A stretch of 64,000 bases of DNA from positions 64,001 to 128,000 of IMG/VR virus record IMGVR_UViG_3300047382_000480; one strand, 5' to 3'. This document shows positions 1 to 9,882 of this stretch, one piece after another (position 1 is the first letter of the stretch; each line of letters opens with the position of its first letter). Source of the DNA: a virus. The translations under genes were made by a program, and so were the position numbers. The notes beneath the pieces are model-generated. The model saw only the letters and a program-made list of their open reading frames with translations, did not search any database and was not told where the DNA came from.

Positions 1-547
1 TCTCTTTGACCATACTTACGCCAGTCTTGGCGTCTTTCTGTTTCTTGACGTCACGAACCTTTTTTATCTTTCGTGGGTCGATATATCTTACGTCATGAAG
101 ACCTTTCCTGGGATTAGATTTATCCACAACTTTGTGGAAATAAATTCTTCCGTCGATATACCATCTTCGATAATAGTCTTGCGCCCTATTGTTAAAGTCA
201 AGCATTGACAATAGACTTGCATATTCGTCAGCAATAGCTTTTTTAACAGTGGCTGATGCTTTAACGTCATCAGTGTTAACTGTTACTGGTTTTTCATCGT
301 CAAGGTTAGAGATACTATCGTTGACAACATCTTCAATTGCAGCATCAACATCAGCATACATTGATATGTCTCGGTATCTCTTAATGAGTTGCTCTTCAGT
401 ATTTGCAACTCCCTCAACATCAAAATAAGTGCCATAATAACCACCACCACGGATGGCTTCTAATGCACCATCAGAATCAGGAGCAACGAAAGACTCTGCA
501 GTCTTCGGCTCCTTTTTCCGATTAATTTCAAATCCAAACAATTCCAT
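1..547 (-). CDS. gp20: Portal protein gp20 (5' part, truncated by window edge)
   Basis: Not in ORF track. Manual translation from ATG at 547 gives MELFGFEINRKKEPKTAESFVAPDSDGA..., with YRDISM and WYIDGR motifs further on; lies directly downstream of gp19. Confidence 0.93.
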   Translation of the reverse strand, partial: MELFGFEINRKKEPKTAESFVAPDSDGALEAIRGGGYYGTYFDVEGVANTEEQLIKRYRDISMYADVDAAIEDVVNDSISNLDDEKPVTVNTDDVKASATVKKAIADEYASLLSMLDFNNRAQDYYRRWYIDGRIYFHKVVDKSNPRKGLHDVRYIDPRKIKKVRDVKKQKDAKTGVSMVKE

Positions 548-581
548 TATTATAAGTCCCCTATACTAGATGTATTACTAT

Positions 582-1097
582 TTAGGCTACATCGTAATGT
601 GTATATTGGAAGGTCACAGTAAATTCTTCAAAGATATCGTTTTGAGCATACTGCAAAGTGATTTCCGACATATTAATTGGGAAGGCATTCTTAAGAGTAT
701 ACTTTCCTCCAGGCAACACTTCATCGTTTCTATCCAAATGCTCAACGACAATGTCTGCTTGATATTCACTTGGAGTAAGAACACCAGTATTACTTTCTCT
801 ATCGTTTAAACCATTCATCCATTGCTCGAAAGGTTGGCGCAGTGAGAAACCAGAGTCGTTTACGATTGTTACAGTAAACGGATCAAAGATTCTTTCACCT
901 GCCAATTTAACCTCACGACCTCTATACTGGATGATTGCAGGGTTTACATTAGAGGCAGGAAGTGCTGCCCCTGTTACCAAAAGACTATAGCTTGTGTCAA
1001 CATTTGGCACATAGCTTGGGAAGGCGAGGCTCACTCTAAACTGGTTAGGGCGAGCACCACCAGCACCTAATCTAGCCTTAAATTCTTCAATATTCAT
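582..1097 (-). CDS. gp19: Tail tube protein
   Basis: GGARPNQF, YRGREVKLAGERIFDPFTVTIVND and EEFTVTFQY motifs; synteny. Confidence 0.95.
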   Translation of the reverse strand: MNIEEFKARLGAGGARPNQFRVSLAFPSYVPNVDTSYSLLVTGAALPASNVNPAIIQYRGREVKLAGERIFDPFTVTIVNDSGFSLRQPFEQWMNGLNDRESNTGVLTPSEYQADIVVEHLDRNDEVLPGGKYTLKNAFPINMSEITLQYAQNDIFEEFTVTFQYTHYDVA

Positions 1098-1119
1098 TTT
1101 TATCTCCTATAATCCTAGA

Positions 1120-3360
1120 TTAAGCACCCAACTCTTCAAACGAAATACCAGTTCTGGTAGCAACGAATGTAAGAGTGATGAAGTTAATTGATTTCGCTGG
1201 CTTGATGAAGATGTCAGCACGGAATTCGTTAGCATCAATAACCTGACCAGTGTTGTTTGTTTCATCACAAACTACACGGAAGTCATATACGCCTCGACGA
1301 CCTTGTACGTCACGCAAGAATGGTTCTACCAAACTTCTAAACTGGGCTCTTGTAAAGGCATCGTTGAATTCGAATAGCTGGAACTTTGCAGCTGCAGCAA
1401 CCGCTTTCTCAATAACGATAAACAATCTACGAACATTGATGCGATTAAACGCACTTGTTTTGGCTAGAAGTGTCTTATCACCAAATAAGATAATACCTTG
1501 TTGGGCATTTTGAACGATTGGGTTGACACCAGCAGAGTATAGCGCATCACGATCAGCTTTAGTAGGATTGAACGCCAATTTAACAGCATTCTTAATCGAA
1601 CCTCGATTCACCCCAGCTGGAGAGAACCATGGATCAGCTTCAAGGTCTGCTGTCACACAACAACCTGCTGTATCTCCATTTACTGGAACCCACGCATAAA
1701 TGTCATTGTAGCGATCGTACATATATTTCCAACCACTATCCATCACAGCATAGGAAGATCTTGTGTAACTTGCCAACTCAGCTTTGATATCAGTTACTTC
1801 AGAACCAGAGTTATTAACAACGCTTGCTCTTGCAGGAGATACAAATGTTAAGCAATCTTTTCTGATCTCAGATACATTATCGATGATGTAATCACCGACA
1901 GTTGCACTATGACCACCAGCAATGATTAGGCTTACGTCAGTTTCTTCATCGTTAGCAAACTTAGCGTATGAGGTTTGTAAATCACCATCAGTTGGTGCTG
2001 CATCTACGCCACCATTAAACGACCAAGCATTTGTATCAGAAGATCCTAAAAGTTTTGGATAAGGTTGTGAGAAACTACCACTTATATCAGTGTTGGCTTG
2101 GGTAGTTGCTAGGTCTTGCCCCCAACTTGTACCAATAAACACAGAATTTGTAGGGACTTGATCAGTGAATCTAATCCAATTAGATCTTGCATTTATTGCA
2201 TCTTTATAGTAATTTGCAGAGTTATCGTCGGATTTTGCGCCTTGTACTTTTGAAAGACCCTCGTATTTCTCGAGAACTGTACCAGCAGTACCAGTAATTT
2301 CACCACCTTCGTCGATCACGATAACGTGCAATTCATCAAAGTTAATTCCGTTTGAGTCAGCCCAGTCAGAAGTTCCTGGAACATTATCAAATTGACCAGC
2401 ATATATCCACTCTGTAGTCAAAGTAGCAGTTGCCTGAGCACCACTCCCACCACCACCACTAAATGTGATTGCAGGGGCAGAAGTATAGCCAAATCCTGGA
2501 TAGATTAAAACTACAGATTCAACAGCACCAGAGTTTAATGTCGCGTATGCATTAGCAGTACCGCCTGTTCTCGGGGAAGCTGCAAACGATACTGTAGGCG
2601 CAGAAGTGTATCCCGACCCACCAGCATCAATAGTGATAGTTTGGCTGACAGCATTAGCAGTGAAGTTACCTAAATCAGCGACTGAGACCTTTAAAGAGTC
2701 GCCAAGTTTTCCTGGGAATTTTGCAGCGAATGGTCCGACACCATTAGATTCTCCTGCATAGGTTGCATCATAATCATCGTCGTTTCTGATTAACTTACCC
2801 TGATTTGCTGAATCTAAGACAACACTAGCGGAAGCACCAGAACCGCCACCGCCTGTGAAGGTTACATTGGGAGCAACAGTATAGCCGAAACCTTGATTGG
2901 TTATAGTAATTCCTGTCACCGCACCACCGACAATTGTTGCAGTAGCGGTAGCAGTAATACCGCCATTTGCTGGGGATACACCAGTTGGGGCTGCAATAGT
3001 TACTGTTGGTGCCGAAGTATAACCCGAACCTCCAGCAGTTATAGTTATACCAGCTGTTGAGACCTGTTTGCTCGTTACCGAAACAGCGTTCCTCGCAGTT
3101 GAACCAACTTCTCTTGATACTAGTAAGTTTGAACCATATGCTAAGAAAGATGAAGCAGTTAGGAAGTCTACGTTATTTGTTCTTCTTGGTTTACCAAATC
3201 GTGCAACAAGATTGTTTTCCCCTGAAACAGAAACCAGTTCACGTGCAGGACCCCAAGCGAAATCGCCTACAAACCCCCCGACTGTGGTTCCAACTGCAGG
3301 AACGACAGCTGTCGCGTCTTGTTCTCTTACGAGAACTCCTGGACTTAATTGAAATGCCAT
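1120..3360 (-). CDS. gp18: Tail sheath protein with two inserted Gly-rich modules
   Basis: MAFQLSPGV N-terminus, PWFSPAG, RINVRRLF, FEFND, IKPAKSINFITLTFVATRTG. Confidence 0.97.
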   Translation of the reverse strand: MAFQLSPGVLVREQDATAVVPAVGTTVGGFVGDFAWGPARELVSVSGENNLVARFGKPRRTNNVDFLTASSFLAYGSNLLVSREVGSTARNAVSVTSKQVSTAGITITAGGSGYTSAPTVTIAAPTGVSPANGGITATATATIVGGAVTGITITNQGFGYTVAPNVTFTGGGGSGASASVVLDSANQGKLIRNDDDYDATYAGESNGVGPFAAKFPGKLGDSLKVSVADLGNFTANAVSQTITIDAGGSGYTSAPTVSFAASPRTGGTANAYATLNSGAVESVVLIYPGFGYTSAPAITFSGGGGSGAQATATLTTEWIYAGQFDNVPGTSDWADSNGINFDELHVIVIDEGGEITGTAGTVLEKYEGLSKVQGAKSDDNSANYYKDAINARSNWIRFTDQVPTNSVFIGTSWGQDLATTQANTDISGSFSQPYPKLLGSSDTNAWSFNGGVDAAPTDGDLQTSYAKFANDEETDVSLIIAGGHSATVGDYIIDNVSEIRKDCLTFVSPARASVVNNSGSEVTDIKAELASYTRSSYAVMDSGWKYMYDRYNDIYAWVPVNGDTAGCCVTADLEADPWFSPAGVNRGSIKNAVKLAFNPTKADRDALYSAGVNPIVQNAQQGIILFGDKTLLAKTSAFNRINVRRLFIVIEKAVAAAAKFQLFEFNDAFTRAQFRSLVEPFLRDVQGRRGVYDFRVVCDETNNTGQVIDANEFRADIFIKPAKSINFITLTFVATRTGISFEELGA

Positions 3361-3426
3361 TTTTTATCTCCTCGATATTATGGATAATCGTTATTATTAA
3401 TGCTCAATTGCGTTTACTGAAATTAT

Positions 3427-5064
3427 TTATAATAATGACGTTTTCTCTCTATCTGCAGTATACCAGATATCTCCACCCATAACTTCTACTTCTTCTTCAG
3501 AACCATCAACAATTTGACCGAATGGCGTTAAATCGTTCTCAATCATTCTCATTTCAGCGTTAAATAAACCTTCTCTAACATTAACATTTGTTAAATCTGA
3601 GAAAAATGTATTGGTTGTTATCCACCCAAACAGAACCAACGTCATTGCAAGGTCGTCATTATACCCCTCGTCAGCTTGGAATGTCTGTCCCTTTTCTGTA
3701 AATACAGACAATTCTCCTATGATATCGGCATCGTGGATCAACAATTTTGTATCTTCAACAAGGGATTTTATAGCAAAACACCCTTGCCTTTTGACTGCCT
3801 TTGAGGTTGTTACACCCAATTTAGCAGACCTTCCGAATCCAGGAGTCAAATACTGCTTTCCATTCTCGGTTAAAGTCGTGAATATGTTATCATATTCTTC
3901 TTCCTGATGTAATATATCTAATACTTGTTGCCCAATGTCATTCGCTTCAACTAAAACATATGCATTATTAAAGTCTTTTCCGACCTTAGATATGACACTC
4001 GGGTACAACATTGGAGATATTTTATTATGTCTGTATTTTCCCACCAATCTGTATGGCATTTCAGTGACATCTATTAAGGTAAATGCCGAATAATCTCCAC
4101 CGATACCTCTTGCAACATCTACTGCCATCATATAATAATGATTTGGGATTGGTTCTTCGTACAGATCTAACCCATCTTTACTGTATTCTGGATTTTTTGC
4201 AGACATTACCGAAAGTGTTTTGCCGTTAATTAGTGTATTTGTAGAACCTAAAAACTCACACAACACTTCCTGATTGAATTTTAACTCTCCGAGAAGTTTC
4301 AGTTGCTCGTCTGCCCACGACTCATCTCTTCCAGGGATTTCGCTGTATGGGATGAACATACGTTGAAATCCATTTTTACCTTCTTCGGCTTCGTTCCAAA
4401 ACTTCCAGAAATGGTTATAACCTAGAGGTGTAGAAGTAAGAAGAATCTTTGTAGTTTCACCAGCAGAAATGGTAGGATAAACAGCAGTAAAAAACTCTTC
4501 AGCAATATTATTCGGTATGATTGCTGCCTCGTCAATATACAACCAGTTTACAGATTTACCCCGAATACCAGAAGAAGTTGTAGCTGAGGTGAATACAACA
4601 GAGCCATTTTCTAAATCTACGTTACCTTTGTTCCAAGTTTTTACACCTTGTTGCATCCAGATAGGAAGACCTTCGTACATAATTTGGTAACGAGATAAAA
4701 CTTCTCTTGCAGCAGCAGTTTTGTTTGCAAGAATAGCAACAGTTTTATTTTCTTGAAATATTGTATAATGAAGGATACATGCTGCAGCAGTAACAGTCTT
4801 TCCTTGCTGACGACCTTCCATCAGGATAGTTTGTCGATTGTTCATAATAAAATCGACTTTTTTCTTTTGGCAGTCGTAAAGTTTGAATGGTTGTAATCCC
4901 TTATCAAGAGTTACAATTTGGCAATAATTTTCTATGAAGTAAATAGGATCATCTTTACATTTCAGCAGTTCTTTTATCTGCTCTTTAGTAAAGTCGTGTT
5001 GATGACCAATAGATTTTAAATTTGGATTTCCGTGATAGGAAGTTTCTTCAGTCGGTATCGCCAT
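3427..5064 (-). CDS. gp17: Terminase large subunit
   Basis: YHGNPNLK, GRQQGKT Walker A, YIDEAA Walker B, STPLG, DVARG and DDLAM nuclease motifs. Confidence 0.97.
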   Translation of the reverse strand: MAIPTEETSYHGNPNLKSIGHQHDFTKEQIKELLKCKDDPIYFIENYCQIVTLDKGLQPFKLYDCQKKKVDFIMNNRQTILMEGRQQGKTVTAAACILHYTIFQENKTVAILANKTAAAREVLSRYQIMYEGLPIWMQQGVKTWNKGNVDLENGSVVFTSATTSSGIRGKSVNWLYIDEAAIIPNNIAEEFFTAVYPTISAGETTKILLTSTPLGYNHFWKFWNEAEEGKNGFQRMFIPYSEIPGRDESWADEQLKLLGELKFNQEVLCEFLGSTNTLINGKTLSVMSAKNPEYSKDGLDLYEEPIPNHYYMMAVDVARGIGGDYSAFTLIDVTEMPYRLVGKYRHNKISPMLYPSVISKVGKDFNNAYVLVEANDIGQQVLDILHQEEEYDNIFTTLTENGKQYLTPGFGRSAKLGVTTSKAVKRQGCFAIKSLVEDTKLLIHDADIIGELSVFTEKGQTFQADEGYNDDLAMTLVLFGWITTNTFFSDLTNVNVREGLFNAEMRMIENDLTPFGQIVDGSEEEVEVMGGDIWYTADREKTSLL

Positions 5065-5491
5065 CTTTTATTTCGCCTTCGATGACTTTTTCGTCATCTT
5101 GTTTCAACGCTTTCATCAATTCTGATGTGCTTCCATTAAATAAGACATTGGTTTGATGACCAATTTGAGGCTGTTTTTTAACATCTTTTTCGTCGAGTTT
5201 CTTTTTCTTTTGTTGCAACTCTAGAATATCTTTAGCCTGATCCCCAAACATTTTGATCAACTGACCAGCAACTTCATATGCTCTAGGGTTATCGCTGTTC
5301 TCAGCAACATTTACGATCCCCTGTAAAGTTGACTCGCTATATGCCATGGCTCGTTTTAACGCTCCACGTGCTTCATCGAAATCTTCGTCTACTGTCCCGT
5401 CAGTGGTTACGACTGGAACCTTTGGTTCAGATTCTTTTGTTGTGGTTTCAAAAGTTTTATCAAGCGCATCAAAAATTTTATTTTTACTCAT
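5048..5491 (-). CDS. gp16: Terminase small subunit
   Basis: PRAYEVAGQLIK and FNGSTSELMK motifs; ATG at 5491 preferred over the track start. Confidence 0.92.
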   Translation of the reverse strand: MSKNKIFDALDKTFETTTKESEPKVPVVTTDGTVDEDFDEARGALKRAMAYSESTLQGIVNVAENSDNPRAYEVAGQLIKMFGDQAKDILELQQKKKKLDEKDVKKQPQIGHQTNVLFNGSTSELMKALKQDDEKVIEGEIKDGDTD

Positions 5492-6503
5492 AATTTGTGT
5501 CAAACTCTTCAAGGAATCGGTATGTGTCGTCTACACTTTGATTACCATCATCTGGTGCCTCAAAGGTAACAGTAGGGACACTCGTATATCCTGAACCGCC
5601 ATCATTTATTGTGACTGATTTTACTCTATATTTTCCTGTATTTATAGGATCTGGTTCCATCGTAACAGAAGCTCTTGCTCCCGATCCGTCACCAGTAATT
5701 GTTATATTTGGTCCATTTTGAGTATAACCACCACCCTTATACGTCAATTCTATTGCACTCACCGCAGTACCTGTTAAAACTGCAGTTCCCGTGGCTGTTG
5801 CTGAAGATACAGTATATGATTGTCTGGAAAATTTACCCGAAAGATCTGGGTCTTGGAATATATCAACAACAGCTTTTCTTATCACATCTTGATTTCCGAT
5901 GTAACCATAGAAATTTAGTTTCATATTAAAAGTCAAAGTCCAAACAATACTCGAACGATCTGAATAAGTTCCTTGAGTTTGATCTTCGTATCCGACAGAA
6001 TCTAATGTCAATTTTATGTCTCTTTTTATTCCCATTTCAGGAAGGTCGTTGACAGTGATGCTGAAATCTGGATTAAAGAAAGGTAAGATCTGCTCTATAA
6101 TTTGAAGACCATCTTCTTGGTTTTTTGCAAAAACATATAACTGTAAAGAAAGGTCGTATGGTGTAGAAGTAAAAACTTGCTTCACAGACGTTGCTGAACC
6201 TGAACCTTTTTTATGATGATGGATGGGAGAAACACGCCTTGCTGCATCGTATTGAAGAGAAACAATCTCAAACCCCATTCGTGGTAATACTAATGCAACC
6301 TCACCACGACTCTCAACGCTAGGAACCTGTTCGATTCTAGAAATGAATTTTTGTTTTGTTGAATACGCTAATGGTACTCTCAACGATTGAACAACATTAC
6401 CGCTAGAATCTGTTCTTTCTATGTTTATATTATTGAAAATTGTGCCAAAAGCAGCAACTGCTTTTCGGATATGAGAATGATAGAAAGTTTTACCCTTAAA
6501 CAT
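5484..6503 (-). CDS. gp15: Tail terminator / sheath stabiliser with C-terminal Gly-rich extension
   Basis: AFGTIFNNI, LPRMGFE, QIIEQILPFFNP. Confidence 0.93.
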   Translation of the reverse strand: MFKGKTFYHSHIRKAVAAFGTIFNNINIERTDSSGNVVQSLRVPLAYSTKQKFISRIEQVPSVESRGEVALVLPRMGFEIVSLQYDAARRVSPIHHHKKGSGSATSVKQVFTSTPYDLSLQLYVFAKNQEDGLQIIEQILPFFNPDFSITVNDLPEMGIKRDIKLTLDSVGYEDQTQGTYSDRSSIVWTLTFNMKLNFYGYIGNQDVIRKAVVDIFQDPDLSGKFSRQSYTVSSATATGTAVLTGTAVSAIELTYKGGGYTQNGPNITITGDGSGARASVTMEPDPINTGKYRVKSVTINDGGSGYTSVPTVTFEAPDDGNQSVDDTYRFLEEFDTNYE

Positions 6504-7246
6504 TAAAAGTCTCCAAACGGATTAGATTCCGTGAAGTCAAGGATATTACTTGCAGTCTCTGCAGCTTGGAAATCGTCACCTTGAACAGATGGTTTTATAG
6601 CATAATCTTCTTTAATCAAAGAACCTCCATCTTCAAGGGTAATATTACCTGAAGCATCTTCAAGCACAAGTTGGAACAGGCGTTGGTCAACTGTATTTGA
6701 ATCTTCAATTGCATCAATATCAGTAATTCCAGTATCGATGGATTCAGAACTGTATTCAAATAATTCACACTTCATCTTGAAAACATAAATTTTTCCAAGT
6801 TGGTAAAATGGATCTTGAAACTCTACAAATTTTATTTCGAATAAAGATTTTGTTTTGGGAAAGAACAACAAATCCCCTTCCATTGGTCTTGCCCCACCGC
6901 CTACAAACGAAGCACCATCGGTATTTGACACAACATCATCCCACCTTTTTCGAGACATAACAAATGTTGCTTGATCTCTTATTTCAAGACCAAATCTCTG
7001 GAATAATTCTCCGTCTCCCTCGAATCCTTCTGCGTTTTCGAGATACATTTCGACTGGATATGCCTGCTCAAACTTTGACAATTCATCTTCATCAAAAATA
7101 GTGTCTGTGTTCACAAAGGAACGAGGCATATAATAGATGTCATGTCCATAGATCTTGAGAGACTCTACAACAAGGTCTTCAACTAACCTCTGTTCGGCAG
7201 TAGTTCCTGATGTGTCTCCAGATTGAAAATAGAAATTGGTAGCCAT
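6503..7246 (-). CDS. gp14: Neck protein
   Basis: ESLKIYGHDIYYMPR, FGLEIRDQATF, RPMEGDL, ESNPFGDF. Confidence 0.95.
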   Translation of the reverse strand: MATNFYFQSGDTSGTTAEQRLVEDLVVESLKIYGHDIYYMPRSFVNTDTIFDEDELSKFEQAYPVEMYLENAEGFEGDGELFQRFGLEIRDQATFVMSRKRWDDVVSNTDGASFVGGGARPMEGDLLFFPKTKSLFEIKFVEFQDPFYQLGKIYVFKMKCELFEYSSESIDTGITDIDAIEDSNTVDQRLFQLVLEDASGNITLEDGGSLIKEDYAIKPSVQGDDFQAAETASNILDFTESNPFGDF

Positions 7247-7247
7247 A

Positions 7248-8249
7248 TTATCCCGTCATAAATGTTGGGGGAAGTTCGTATCTAACCTGCATTTCTTCTT
7301 CTATTGTGGCAATTTCATTTATCGCTTCACCGAATATCTGATCGCCATTAAGAGTTACGCCTCCAGGAAGTTGTATACCACCAAACTTCTTCATATTCTC
7401 GCCCCACTGACGTTTGATCAAAGCTGTCGCGTATTTCTTCAACCACATATCATCATAAACTTCTGAATAGTCTGTTCCTGATACTAGTGCATACCCTTCT
7501 GCAATGACGTAATCTCCAATATCAAAGGTCTGATCCATATCAGTGTCTATGTAAAGTTTATTTGTTTTACGATTAAATCGTATTTGTCGATCGTTAACAA
7601 ATAGACTCTCAAGAACATTCATATGTGTTTTGACCATAGAATAATATGTTACATCTGCACTCAGTAGATTATATAAATCGTTTTGAGCAAACTGATAATC
7701 TACGTCAAAAAGCCCATCAGAGTTAGAGGTGGAGCCGACTCCACCAAATTTAAATAGTTTAGTTACACCGAGAATATTGTTTCCTATGGAGATATATCCA
7801 TTCTCTATATCTCCTTTGGTGACTGACAAGACTATACCTTGCCCTGAGTTAGAATTTAAAGTTGTAGAAGTTCCTGTGTCGTATTTTCGTAATTGCTCTG
7901 ATGGTGAGAACCCACTTCCAGCATCTAGATTTTTATAAGTTATTTTTTTATTGGAAGACCCTTCTACATCATCGATTGCGGTTATCTTTGCTCTCGAATT
8001 AGAAGTCACCCCAATAATAGTATCTCCTACAGAAAAATCAACAGTAAACGAGTATTGTAAAGTAGAACCTTCGAGTGCTTTTTTGATGTAAACACGCTCA
8101 ACACCATCGAAATGATATTCTTGCCATAATTGTATGGCATCATCTATTCGGTCGCTTATCTGGTCGTCGTCTACATTTATTTCGATTACAGGGAATCCTA
8201 ATCTTCGTAGGCAGTAATCTATTAGTTCTTGTCTGGATGATAAAGCCAT
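7248..8249 (-). CDS. gp13: Neck protein
   Basis: YCLRRLGFPVIEINVDDDQ, WLKKYATALIKRQWGEN, LPGGVTLNG. Confidence 0.95.
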   Translation of the reverse strand: MALSSRQELIDYCLRRLGFPVIEINVDDDQISDRIDDAIQLWQEYHFDGVERVYIKKALEGSTLQYSFTVDFSVGDTIIGVTSNSRAKITAIDDVEGSSNKKITYKNLDAGSGFSPSEQLRKYDTGTSTTLNSNSGQGIVLSVTKGDIENGYISIGNNILGVTKLFKFGGVGSTSNSDGLFDVDYQFAQNDLYNLLSADVTYYSMVKTHMNVLESLFVNDRQIRFNRKTNKLYIDTDMDQTFDIGDYVIAEGYALVSGTDYSEVYDDMWLKKYATALIKRQWGENMKKFGGIQLPGGVTLNGDQIFGEAINEIATIEEEMQVRYELPPTFMTG

Positions 8250-8313
8250 TTGAACCCCTGTCGGTTATTGTTAAATCTATGACTATTTATAATTATGAAA
8301 AGGCTAGAGATCG

Positions 8314-9513
8314 TTAGATGATAGCAAATTTTATATATGCAAGGCTCGCACAATCGACACCATAATAAACATCAATCGTATCTCCAGTATTTAGATAATA
8401 TCCAGGAGATTTAGCGTGGTAATATTGATTTGAAACCCTGAAGGTAGTAGTAGAACTGCTTGTTTCAAAGAACCCATACCCTCTACTTGTATTATTATTA
8501 TTGGGAAACCCTTGTGCGATGTTGTATAGTCTTCCAGTACCTTGACTGCCCGTGGGTGAATTTATACTTCTAATTACAAACCTTCCGCTGCTTCCATTAT
8601 TCATTGAAGTAATAACAGATGATTCTGATTCGTTCCATTCATCAGGGTTAGAAGCTGTGGGTGGAACTGCAACCATTGTTTTCCATCCAGGTTGAAAAGA
8701 TCCATTATCTAATTCAAATGGATACAGCGTGTCATTTACAGCATATGATGCAAATTGAGCATCTCCACGGAAATATTGCGCAGTACCGCCATTACCATCG
8801 AGTTGTGCGCTAATATGTAAATATTTTGTTCCAGCAGTTCCTGTATATGTTAATGTGACTCTTCTCCAATATTCAGTCCCTGTTATTTGGGTATTGGAAC
8901 TTATAGAACCCACAACATTAGGAGCAGGAATATCAGTATCCGTAAATGTGTCATTAGCACTGTTGTATGAACCATGAGGGTATGATGGAGTGTACGTCTT
9001 TCCATACATATTAAGAAGTTCAACATCATACCCTGTTGTTGCAGAAGTGCCATTAGCTAATATTCTAGACCCATAATCATTCAACGAAATTTGTTTTCCT
9101 GCCACACCACCGATCTCTAATTGAACAGAATTGGGTGGATTATCTCCAGACATGGTCATTTCCTGTGCTGGGTCAGAACTATTTTGAGCAGTGAAATACC
9201 CGCTTATCTGAAATAATTTTGATTGAGTGTTCTGATAAATGTATGTAGAAAAGTTTCCCGAAACAGAATTTGCAAAGGATACAACCATAGTGGTTACTGT
9301 GGGAGTGCTATTGTTTGCAGTGCTATCATCACCGACAGTATTGATAGTTATTGAGCAATTTTGGGGAGAGATGTATGTCGGAGTGTCATAAGTTTCGACA
9401 ACTGCCGTGATAGTTTCACCATTATCGACAACCAACCCTGTAGCTGTGGTATAATCATTTGCAGACCTTATACTACCAGTAAGGTTTATTTCATCTATTG
9501 CTGTGAGTGTCAT
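8314..9513 (-). CDS. Putative tail-fibre tip / adhesin-like virion protein
   Basis: T/S/N/G-rich; SVQLEIGG...ISLND...MYGK segment resembles fibre-tip anchoring motifs; lies downstream of the long fibre gene. Confidence 0.5.
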   Translation of the reverse strand: MTLTAIDEINLTGSIRSANDYTTATGLVVDNGETITAVVETYDTPTYISPQNCSITINTVGDDSTANNSTPTVTTMVVSFANSVSGNFSTYIYQNTQSKLFQISGYFTAQNSSDPAQEMTMSGDNPPNSVQLEIGGVAGKQISLNDYGSRILANGTSATTGYDVELLNMYGKTYTPSYPHGSYNSANDTFTDTDIPAPNVVGSISSNTQITGTEYWRRVTLTYTGTAGTKYLHISAQLDGNGGTAQYFRGDAQFASYAVNDTLYPFELDNGSFQPGWKTMVAVPPTASNPDEWNESESSVITSMNNGSSGRFVIRSINSPTGSQGTGRLYNIAQGFPNNNNTSRGYGFFETSSSTTTFRVSNQYYHAKSPGYYLNTGDTIDVYYGVDCASLAYIKFAII

Positions 9514-9881
9514 CAGACTATATCATCTACGTCAATTTCTGGATCAACCCAATCCCAAGGATTTACCTCGTGCTCAGGTGGGTTCTTAGATAAAGATATA
9601 TCTTGTGCGATTACCGATTCTATACTAGAGACTTCTTCTTCACCGAGAGCAGTTTTAGCCCATCCAATCGTAATATCTTTAGTTACATCAGCCCATGCAA
9701 TAAACCCTTCCGCAGAAGGATCTGCTTCAACATCAACGCTCCCATAGCGTCTACCTCTATGAATTACCTGCTTGCTTGCATCTTGTACTGTTTCATAGTC
9801 TGTGGCTTCCCAATGTATCCTCCTAATAGAACCATCAGAAATGCTCGAATCGACCTTTGTTATATTCCAAGTAACAGCCAT
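9513..9881 (-). CDS. Small fibre-associated protein
   Basis: 122 aa acidic ORF (MAVTWNI...IHW...FIAWADVT...W.K.ALG), translationally coupled to its neighbours. Confidence 0.6.
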   Translation of the reverse strand: MAVTWNITKVDSSISDGSIRRIHWEATDYETVQDASKQVIHRGRRYGSVDVEADPSAEGFIAWADVTKDITIGWAKTALGEEEVSSIESVIAQDISLSKNPPEHEVNPWDWVDPEIDVDDIV

Positions 9882-9882
9882 T

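Noticed and set aside
88-428. Track ORFs 88..270 (-) and 189..428 (+)
   Set aside because: Shadow frames of the gp20 gene, which the track missed because it runs off the window
3427-5064. Intron or intein in the terminase
   Set aside because: Continuous ORF of normal length with no intein motifs
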